Positions 1 to 6,937 of a stretch of DNA of 43,796 bases are shown in pieces. Location of the stretch: IMG/VR virus record IMGVR_UViG_3300020727_000033, positions 1 through 43,796 of that record; one strand, written 5' to 3'. This DNA is from a virus (lineage: Duplodnaviria > Caudoviricetes). The notes under the pieces are model-generated. The model was not told the origin of the DNA and did not search any database. It saw nothing but the letters and a program-made list of their open reading frames with translations. Every line of letters starts with the position of its first letter. Positions within the stretch are counted from its first letter, which is position 1. The position numbers and the translations under genes were made by a program.

Positions 1-53
1 TTGGCTACTGCCCATTTTGCCCACGCAACAATTGTGTCTCTTGAATCTGACAT
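1..53 (-). CDS. 5' end of a gene running off the window (MSDSRDTIVAWAKWAVA...), possibly a lysis/peptidoglycan hydrolase gene
   Basis: ATG at 53 preceded by AAAGGA RBS; frame open to the edge; follows the tail-fibre modules. Product is only a guess from position. Confidence 0.45.
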   Translation of the reverse strand, partial: MSDSRDTIVAWAKWAVA

Positions 54-73
54 GTATGTCCTTTATTAGGTTC

Positions 74-108
74 AGCAAAAAACCCCCCGCGATGCGAGGG
101 GCCCTGCT
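74..108 (-). terminator. GC hairpin with T-run after the 125-322 gene
   Basis: Minus strand AGCAGGGCCCCTCGCATCGCGGGGGGTTTTTTGCT. Confidence 0.6.
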
Positions 109-124
109 TAGATTGTTGTAAAAC

Positions 125-322
125 TTAGTTAGATGCTGGTTCTACTGGAATAGGTGCTGTAAATGCGCCTGTAGTGCCGTCGTATGTCCAGCCAATACCA
201 GCAGGGTTAGCGTCGGTGTATTCCACGCACGTTGCGTTTGTAACCAACTCTGCGTCAGCCTGTGTGTCTGCGACTATCACGTTTGTTACTGTGTTGTTTT
301 GAATTACTGCGAATGTTGCCAT
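125..322 (-). CDS. small tail-fibre-associated protein (65 aa)
   Basis: AAAAGGA RBS; FAVI..N.V.NVIVAD...IGWTYDG pattern typical of small proteins following Gly-rich fibre genes; ends PASN. Confidence 0.75.
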   Translation of the reverse strand: MATFAVIQNNTVTNVIVADTQADAELVTNATCVEYTDANPAGIGWTYDGTTGAFTAPIPVEPASN

Positions 323-333
323 TATTGTCCTTT

Positions 334-672
334 TTAGTAGTAAAGAAGAAGTGCGCCAGCACCACTTGTTCCAGCACCAGTAAATCCAGTAAACGCAGTC
401 ATTGAGTTATAAGCAAGTTCTGGGCCAGTAAATAAAGTTCCGTATGATGAAGTACCAGATGATGTTCCGATTACGCACGTTGTCGCTGGAATTGTCCAGC
501 CTTGATTTACCGCTCCGGTCAAAGCACCTGACGAAGCAGCACCACCGATAATAATTGCGTACACCATTGTTATTCCTGAAGGAATGGACACGGCTCTAGT
601 TGATGTAATGGTTTGTCTAAGCGTTAATCCTGCTGGAGAAGAAAACGGTTGTATTGGATATTGTGATTGCAT
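334..672 (-). CDS. short paralogue of the Gly-rich fibre/adhesin protein
   Basis: QYP..L.QT.TST.AV.IP..I..VYA..GG N-terminus and LLYY C-terminus shared with 682-1461; AAGGA RBS. Confidence 0.75.
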   Translation of the reverse strand: MQSQYPIQPFSSPAGLTLRQTITSTRAVSIPSGITMVYAIIIGGAASSGALTGAVNQGWTIPATTCVIGTSSGTSSYGTLFTGPELAYNSMTAFTGFTGAGTSGAGALLLYY

Positions 673-681
673 AATTATTCC

Positions 682-1461
682 TTAGTAGTAGAGAAGAACA
701 CAGCCATTACCGCCAATACCGCCGCCGCCAAAGGCGCCAACACCGCCCCCGCCTCCGCCGCCACTACCGCCATTACCAGAAGCGCCGTTATAGGTAGCAC
801 TACCTCCGGGGCCAAGATAACCTCCACCGCCCCCACTACCGCCACTGCCAAGTGTATCGCCAGTACCACCAAATCCACCAAATCCGCTACCACCAGTACT
901 ACCGTAACTGTAACCACCACCGCCGGTTAAACCACTACCACCATTAGAACTGCTAAAACCACCACCGCCACCAACGGTACCATTAGAACCACCATTACCA
1001 GCACCGCCGCCACCGCCAGCGCCTTGCTGACCGCCAGTAATATTGCCAGTACCGCCTCCGCCTCCGCCAGCCCCAATAGTTCCTTGCGAGTTTTGCGTTC
1101 CATTAGTACCGTTACCTCCTGGTGTGACAGCAGTGCTACCACCACCACCACCACCACCGGCAAAAATAGTTCCGTATATTGTGTTGCCACCTTTAGTACC
1201 AGTAGCAGAGGTACCACCAGGAAAAACGCCACCAGCGCCAACAACAACTGATGAAGATACTGGTGTCCATCCTGCGGCGTAACCACCGCCTCCGCCACCA
1301 GCACCATTACTACCACCGGCGCCGCCACCGCCGCCAACACACATTGCATACACCCATTGAATGTTTGCAGGTATTGTGACAGCGCCAGTTGATGTCAATG
1401 TTTGTTGAAGTTTAGGGCCGTTAATACCTAATTGTTCTGGTGGATATTGGTTAGTACCCAT
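682..1461 (-). CDS. glycine-rich tail fibre/adhesin-like protein
   Basis: 259 aa, long Gly runs, GNGCVLLYY terminus, in fibre cluster. Confidence 0.8.
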   Translation of the reverse strand: MGTNQYPPEQLGINGPKLQQTLTSTGAVTIPANIQWVYAMCVGGGGGAGGSNGAGGGGGGYAAGWTPVSSSVVVGAGGVFPGGTSATGTKGGNTIYGTIFAGGGGGGGSTAVTPGGNGTNGTQNSQGTIGAGGGGGGTGNITGGQQGAGGGGGAGNGGSNGTVGGGGGFSSSNGGSGLTGGGGYSYGSTGGSGFGGFGGTGDTLGSGGSGGGGGYLGPGGSATYNGASGNGGSGGGGGGGVGAFGGGGIGGNGCVLLYY

Positions 1462-1463
1462 AA

Positions 1464-1793
1464 TTAGACGATTACTACTCCGCTAATGTGTGCTTCAATT
1501 GCCGATGACGTACCAGCACCGCCAGTAATGGCGTTAGTAGTTCCGTTGAGAACCTGTTTAACGTCAAAGAAGGCCGTAGTGTTAGCAGGAACGGTTACCG
1601 CAGAAAGAAGCGGGAATGAAGCAGAACCCGATGTGCTGTAAAGGTTAATTGTTACGGTTGCGGCTGATGAAGTAATGTTGGTCAAAGCAATGTTCGTAAC
1701 GATCGCTGTTCCCGAAGATACACCCGCATATAGCTGTGTTGTGGTGGTCGTGGTCAATAAACCGCGATACATCAGTGTTGGTGTTGTTGCCAT
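1464..1793 (-). CDS. small beta-rich virion protein, paralogue of 4038-4340
   Basis: MATTPT..YRG start and .ISGV... end shared with 4038-4340; CAGGAG RBS. Confidence 0.8.
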   Translation of the reverse strand: MATTPTLMYRGLLTTTTTTQLYAGVSSGTAIVTNIALTNITSSAATVTINLYSTSGSASFPLLSAVTVPANTTAFFDVKQVLNGTTNAITGGAGTSSAIEAHISGVVIV

Positions 1794-1820
1794 TTAGAGG
1801 GCTCCTGTTGTAATAATAGT

Positions 1821-1848
1821 ATTATACTATAGATTTCTTTATAGTCAA
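1821..1848 (-). promoter_or_regulatory. sigma70-like promoter TTGACT-N16-TATAAT
   Basis: Near-consensus hexamers in an AT-rich gap; -35 overlaps palindrome AGTCAA-gtat-TTGACT (1843-1858). Confidence 0.65.
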
Positions 1849-1861
1849 GTATTTGACTTTG

Positions 1862-2137
1862 TTAAATTGATGCGCCCATGATTGTCATGGTTAATGAGTC
1901 TGATGTGCTGACCGAACCAGTAGAGGCCGCACCACCACCAACCGCAATCCAAGTTCCGGGGGAACCAGCAACGGTGCAAATCCAAACTGAACCGGTTTGA
2001 TCAACAATAAAGTCGCCCACCGCAAATGTACCTGATGCTGGTGCACCAGATGCTGTTGCCCCTGCGTAACGTGAAGCGGCTGTTGCGCCAGGAAGTCCAG
2101 TAGATACAATTGCTTCTTGTGATATTGATTGTGCCAT
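1862..2137 (-). CDS. short tail-fibre-like protein (91 aa)
   Basis: GAP.SGT...GD.......WIC..AG.PGTW fibre motif; C-terminus TMTIMGASI resembles fibre end TLRIMGAY; AAGGA RBS. Confidence 0.75.
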   Translation of the reverse strand: MAQSISQEAIVSTGLPGATAASRYAGATASGAPASGTFAVGDFIVDQTGSVWICTVAGSPGTWIAVGGGAASTGSVSTSDSLTMTIMGASI

Positions 2138-2160
2138 AAATTATCCTTATGTTTTTGTAT

Positions 2161-2197
2161 AGCACAAAATCCCCCAGTGTGTGTGGGGGACTGCGCT
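2161..2197 (-). terminator. GC hairpin after the 2220-2480 gene
   Basis: TCCCCCA-7 nt-TGGGGGA stem followed by TTTT on the minus strand; same context as 74-108. Confidence 0.55.
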
Positions 2198-2219
2198 AAT
2201 ATTCCTTGCGGGAAAAGTT

Positions 2220-2480
2220 TTAGTTAGATGCTGGTGGTGTGACAAAGTTGTCAACTACCCACTTGTCAGCAAAAGCTTGAGCTGTCTTTTGATCTGCCCA
2301 GTCATTACCGTCAAGGTCGTGAGGTTGGTGCCAGAAAGGCTCGTTAGTTGGGTATGGTGAAGTTACGTTCCATGCGTTTATAGCAAAAGGTGCAGTTGCA
2401 TCCACGGCGTATGAAAGAGTCCATCCTTCGTGTGTTGTTACTGTCTTTGCCCCTGCTGGGATTTCTGTTGGGTACATCAT
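2220..2480 (-). CDS. small fibre-associated protein (86 aa)
   Basis: Start re-called at ATG 2480 behind an AAGGAG RBS; ends PASN like 125-322. Confidence 0.7.
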   Translation of the reverse strand: MMYPTEIPAGAKTVTTHEGWTLSYAVDATAPFAINAWNVTSPYPTNEPFWHQPHDLDGNDWADQKTAQAFADKWVVDNFVTPPASN

Positions 2481-2487
2481 TTTCTCC

Positions 2488-3702
2488 TTAGTGAATTGTT
2501 GTTGGGCCTGCGTAGATTCCAAAGTTTACTGGAAGCGCTTTTGAAAAAGTGTAATAAGCCGCAGCCGTTTTAGCAGTACCAGCACCGGAGATTGCAGCAA
2601 AAGTTCCGTTGCCATAAGCAATGGCAAACCAAGTAGAACTACTTGGCAGCGTGCTGGCAGTCCATGTTGTTCCGTTAGATGAGTACGCACTAACGTTTGA
2701 ACCGCCACCAGCAACAGCAACAAAGTACCCATTTCCGTAAGTAACCCCATACCAGTAAGAACTACTTGGCATTGTAGATGAATTCCAGGTAGTGCCGTTG
2801 GTTGAATATGCTGCGCTGGCGGTTGGGTCGGCGGCGACTGCAACAAAGGTTGGAGTTGAACCCACAAGTCCGTAAGCCACGCCATGCCATTGAAGAGCGC
2901 TTGGCATACTTCCACCGCCCCAAGTTAAGCCGTTAGCGGAATATTGCATAGTGGTTGACCCACTATTAACAGTAACAAAATATCCGTTACCGTAAGTGAT
3001 GGCATACCAATTACCACTACTTAGCGTAGAATAAAGAGTCCAAGTTGTGCCGTTGTTAGAATATTCATAACCCGTACCCGCAGCAACTGTAATGAACACG
3101 CCGTTACCGTAGGCAACGGCAAACCAAGAATAAGCAGTTGACATAGTTCCAACAGTCCATGTTGTGCCGTTGGTTGAATACGCACCACCAGCATCACCGA
3201 TTGCAACGTAATAACCAGTTCCACCAATCAACCCATAGGCGACACCTGTATAATATTGACCACTCGGCATTGTAGATGAATTCCAGGTAATACCGTCGTT
3301 TGAATATGCACCGGCTGTTGTGTTAAAATTTTGAACAGCAACAAAGTAGCCGTTACCGTAGGTGACGGCATACCAGTTTTGACTACTTGGAAGCGTAGAT
3401 GAAATAAGCGTAGATGGTGCGGTTGTGGAAAAATTAGCAGCAACCGTAACGCTTGCCCCTGAACCCACAGCCGCAGTTGTGCCAACAACAGTGTTGGGCG
3501 GAACATTGTACGCAGTTCCACCGACTGTAATTGTGGCTCCAGCGCTGTCCGTAGCCGTAAGGTACGCAATACCACCGTTGCCGTTAACTGTCGTAGAGTA
3601 AGTAGTAGCACTTGTTAAACTTCCGTCAAGCAAAACGCTTGATGCGTTGACTGGCAAAACCGTACTAGTTGATGAATTTGCTGGATAATTTGATAGTGGC
3701 AT
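2488..3702 (-). CDS. repeat-containing (beta-propeller-like) receptor-binding/adhesin protein
   Basis: About seven ~40-aa repeats W..V.YGNG.FVAV....AYS.NGTTW...T(M/L)PSS. Confidence 0.8.
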   Translation of the reverse strand: MPLSNYPANSSTSTVLPVNASSVLLDGSLTSATTYSTTVNGNGGIAYLTATDSAGATITVGGTAYNVPPNTVVGTTAAVGSGASVTVAANFSTTAPSTLISSTLPSSQNWYAVTYGNGYFVAVQNFNTTAGAYSNDGITWNSSTMPSGQYYTGVAYGLIGGTGYYVAIGDAGGAYSTNGTTWTVGTMSTAYSWFAVAYGNGVFITVAAGTGYEYSNNGTTWTLYSTLSSGNWYAITYGNGYFVTVNSGSTTMQYSANGLTWGGGSMPSALQWHGVAYGLVGSTPTFVAVAADPTASAAYSTNGTTWNSSTMPSSSYWYGVTYGNGYFVAVAGGGSNVSAYSSNGTTWTASTLPSSSTWFAIAYGNGTFAAISGAGTAKTAAAYYTFSKALPVNFGIYAGPTTIH

Positions 3703-3708
3703 AATTTC

Positions 3709-4035
3709 CTAGTGTGTAGTTGTTGGGCCGTTAAAAATACCAAAGGCAACTGGGCGTGTTGAAGCAGAAATGCTTACGCTTGTTGAACCCGTTATTGCTG
3801 GGGTGTAAACCGTAGAACCAGCCGTAACTGTAAATGGAGAACCAGTAACACCTGTAATGGTGAATACTACTGAACCTGCTCCGTTGGCGTACAAAGCCCA
3901 GGGTGCGCCAGTACCAATAACAGTTGTTGCGTATGGACTTGAGTTAATCAACTGTCCATCTAGCAAAACACTTGAAGCATTTGCTGGTGGTTGCGAACTG
4001 TACGCCGCAACAGCGGGGATTTGTGTTATACCCAT
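3709..4035 (-). CDS. short paralogue of 2488-3702 lacking the repeat domain
   Basis: NASSVLLDG.L N-terminal and PV.FGI..GPTT.H C-terminal motifs shared. Confidence 0.8.
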   Translation of the reverse strand: MGITQIPAVAAYSSQPPANASSVLLDGQLINSSPYATTVIGTGAPWALYANGAGSVVFTITGVTGSPFTVTAGSTVYTPAITGSTSVSISASTRPVAFGIFNGPTTTH

Positions 4036-4037
4036 GA

Positions 4038-4340
4038 TTAAACTAGTTGAACGCCACTAATGCTAAAGTTTACCGTTGTCGCTGAAGCAAATCCAGCAAG
4101 AATCTGTGTAGTCGGCAAGACTTCATTGATGTTAAGAACGGTAACCGCGTTCGCCGCAATAGTTGAAGCAGGAACAATCACGGTACCATTAAGAGAAATG
4201 GTGAATGTAGCCGCTGTTGCTGCTGTATTGGCGGCAATTATTTCAGTTACAATTGTGGTTGTTGACGCTGGAACCGTGTAAAGGGTTGCCGAAGAAGTGG
4301 CTGCTGCCCCTCGGTATAATACTGTTGGTGTTGTTGCCAT
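4038..4340 (-). CDS. small beta-rich virion protein, paralogue of 1464-1793
   Basis: MATTPTVLYRG..LYTVPA..TTIV; CAGGAG RBS. Confidence 0.8.
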   Translation of the reverse strand: MATTPTVLYRGAAATSSATLYTVPASTTTIVTEIIAANTAATAATFTISLNGTVIVPASTIAANAVTVLNINEVLPTTQILAGFASATTVNFSISGVQLV

Positions 4341-4372
4341 TTTATTGTGCTCCTGTTGTGAGAGTTATTGTT

Positions 4373-4400
4373 ATTCTACTATAAAAGTAATTAAAGTCTA
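4373..4400 (-). promoter_or_regulatory. sigma70-like promoter TAGACT-N16-TAGAAT
   Basis: Same position and spacing as 1821-1848; same ACAACAGGAGC leader follows. Confidence 0.5.
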
Positions 4401-4412
4401 ATGTTTAAGGTA

Positions 4413-5741
4413 CTAATAAGCACCCATAATGCGTAGGGTTAGTATGTCTGAACCGTAAAGGTTTCCCGAGCCGTCTGTGTAAGTAAGTTGCGCGGAGTTG
4501 TAATCACCAGATGAGGGTGTAACGGTTCCAGTACGGCCATTAAAGCTGTTTACGCTACCCGTATTAGCTGGGGCAGTAGTATTTGATACAACAACGTGCA
4601 AATTGTAGGCCATTGGGGTGGCGCCAGAAGATGAATAACCAAGTGAGTATTGAACGTTAGTTGTTGCTCCGGCGTAAACCAGAATAGTTCCACTAATAAA
4701 CCCATTGGTTGTTGAGTTTTGTGAAGTTATGTTACCAACGGTAGTAATTGTATTTCCATCAGGATCGGTGGAAATTATATTAAACGGCCCCAGAGTTGAT
4801 CTTGTTGTCGCTGCTGTGGTCATTTTTGCGTAATACGTAATTTGCACAAGACCGTCAGAAGGGGGTGTGTAAACAGTTGTTGCTGTTTTTGCACTAGTTT
4901 GTCCTGTGAGATTTACCGTGGCAAGCGCTGTGCTTCCAGGAGATTGCCACGTTGGGGTTCCAGAAGCATTGGTAAGAATATATCCATTGGTAATTCCAGA
5001 TGTTGTAGGAACGGCGCTTACGTTTGACCACGTTGGTATAGATCCATTTGACGTAAGAACCGTTCCTGAAGAACCAATACCAAGACGTGTAACGGTGCTT
5101 GAACCCGTTCCGTAGATTGTGTCACCGGCGGTCGTAACGGTTGAAAGAGGAATTTTTGTTGCGTCAAGAGGAGCTGCGGTAGATACGCCTGTAACTCGAC
5201 CCTTTGAGTCTGTTGTAATAACTGGCGTTGCCGTTGCTGAACCATAAGTTCCAGCGGTTCCCGTAGCGGCTAGTGTTGGATTTGGGTATGTTCCAGTTAA
5301 GTCACCACCGGCAGAACCCGTGGGTGTTGCCGATCCTGATGGGGTTACCCATACTGGACCAGAGGCGCTTGAAGCAAGATATTGACCATTGACTGTAATC
5401 GCTGGAATAAGCGTTACGTACGAAGTACCGTTGTAGTATTGAAAAAGACTTGTGTTTGGATTGTACCAAAACTGTCCAGCCGAAATGGTTGTTGGCGTTG
5501 TTGTTGAGGCAATTATTTGATCAGAAACCGCATACCAAGATGTACCGTCTGAGTAGTAAAGAAGTAACGATGCGGTATTCCACCAAAGGGCACCCTGCTC
5601 TGGTGTTGGTTGAGTAGATGTCTGGTAAAAAGCTGTTACAATCGTGTCAAGCTGACCTGCAATTGTTTGAAGGTCAACAGGTATATTTGCCGTATCGGTA
5701 GCTGCGGGATAGTGCAGACCTAAACGAGATGTATTTGGCAT
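4413..5741 (-). CDS. tail fibre protein
   Basis: T.RLGL.YP N-terminus, G.LWWNT repeats, AGGDLTGTYPNPTL and VNSFNGRTG.V fibre motifs; follows baseplate genes. Confidence 0.85.
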   Translation of the reverse strand: MPNTSRLGLHYPAATDTANIPVDLQTIAGQLDTIVTAFYQTSTQPTPEQGALWWNTASLLLYYSDGTSWYAVSDQIIASTTTPTTISAGQFWYNPNTSLFQYYNGTSYVTLIPAITVNGQYLASSASGPVWVTPSGSATPTGSAGGDLTGTYPNPTLAATGTAGTYGSATATPVITTDSKGRVTGVSTAAPLDATKIPLSTVTTAGDTIYGTGSSTVTRLGIGSSGTVLTSNGSIPTWSNVSAVPTTSGITNGYILTNASGTPTWQSPGSTALATVNLTGQTSAKTATTVYTPPSDGLVQITYYAKMTTAATTRSTLGPFNIISTDPDGNTITTVGNITSQNSTTNGFISGTILVYAGATTNVQYSLGYSSSGATPMAYNLHVVVSNTTAPANTGSVNSFNGRTGTVTPSSGDYNSAQLTYTDGSGNLYGSDILTLRIMGAY

Positions 5742-6937
5742 TAATAGCCCCCAACGTAAGCCTGCACTCCGGCAGGACGATATTTGTAAATAAATGGTGC
5801 AAAAGCGGAATTGGACTTAGGAACAGAGTCTAGAAACAAGTTTTGATAACCACTGGTTCCAAGAGCATTAATTTCTGAGTCAATTGTTGCGTACGTAACC
5901 GAAGACAAACCACCTGATAGTGATGCTGACAAAGTTGCGTACGTATAGTTATTAAAATATACAGTTGGCATAAGAATAACCAATGAATATTCGTCAGGCG
6001 TATACGTTTTGCCTGTTGTTGCAAAAAATTGTGCACCGTTTAGCGTTGATGCCGAACTGTGATTTAAGGTAATTGATGTAGAGGTAAGGCTTGAAATAGT
6101 TGTATTTCCAGGGATGTTTGGTCCATAAACATACATTCCACTAGCAAGCCCAGCAGTACTGGCAATTCCTGTAATTGTATTTCCTGAAGCTGTGTTGCCT
6201 AAGAAATAGTTTTTTGAAAGTGCTGTTTGCTCCATAACAACAATTTGACCTTCTGTAACTGGTGCTACGGTTGTCACGCCAGCAAGCTTGTAGTTAATCT
6301 CTGTTACTAAAGCGCTAATAAGAACGTTAAGTGTTCCACGTTGAAAGCCAGAACGATTAAGAATTTTGTCTTTTTTCTGAGCAAGAGTAAGTTCTGTGAA
6401 CGATTCTGAGGTAACGCCTACAAATTGAGCCAACCATGGGAGGGCAAATTCGGGGCAACGATCAATGTCAACTGCTTGTGACCATCCTGGTGCACCGGCA
6501 TATGTTGGGTCGTAAAACCCAAACTTACCAACGGAGTCTTGCGCCAAAGAGTTAATTTGGTTTTCTACAATTGAACCCATTCCCCAAAGATATTTGTAAA
6601 GGGGATAAGAAACCGGAGAGGCCTTTGCGTCATTATCTTGCACAAACTGAGGAATTGTATTGTAAATTGAATCAACAAAATACAATGAATCGCCTACGGT
6701 TAAGGAAACGTTTGAAGCCGTTATTGTTGGTGTTTCGCTTAACGTAATTGATTTTTGTCCAACCGAAGTAACGGTTGTTCCGGGGCTAATGCCATTACCG
6801 GAAACCAACATTCCTATACCAATTAAAGAAACATTAGATATGTTTGTAACTACTTGACTACCTGCTGTGGTTTTGGCAGTAAATGTATAAACGTTATTTA
6901 GAACACTTGATGGAAGGGAAGCAAGTTCCGAGGCCAT
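5741..6937 (-). CDS. baseplate wedge/tail protein (P2 gpI-like) with added beta domains
   Basis: DIDRCP..ALPWLAQFVGV...GFQRGT motif; directly after the J-like gene. Confidence 0.75.
   Translation of the reverse strand: MASELASLPSSVLNNVYTFTAKTTAGSQVVTNISNVSLIGIGMLVSGNGISPGTTVTSVGQKSITLSETPTITASNVSLTVGDSLYFVDSIYNTIPQFVQDNDAKASPVSYPLYKYLWGMGSIVENQINSLAQDSVGKFGFYDPTYAGAPGWSQAVDIDRCPEFALPWLAQFVGVTSESFTELTLAQKKDKILNRSGFQRGTLNVLISALVTEINYKLAGVTTVAPVTEGQIVVMEQTALSKNYFLGNTASGNTITGIASTAGLASGMYVYGPNIPGNTTISSLTSTSITLNHSSASTLNGAQFFATTGKTYTPDEYSLVILMPTVYFNNYTYATLSASLSGGLSSVTYATIDSEINALGTSGYQNLFLDSVPKSNSAFAPFIYKYRPAGVQAYVGGY

Noticed and set aside
682-1461. Gly-rich ORF as PE-PGRS or collagen-like protein
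   Set aside because: No PE domain and no Gly-X-Y periodicity; context and paralogue indicate a phage fibre protein
2488-3702. Internal DNA repeats as a DGR template/variable repeat pair
   Set aside because: They are in-frame protein repeats, differences are not adenine-specific by eye, and no reverse transcriptase is present
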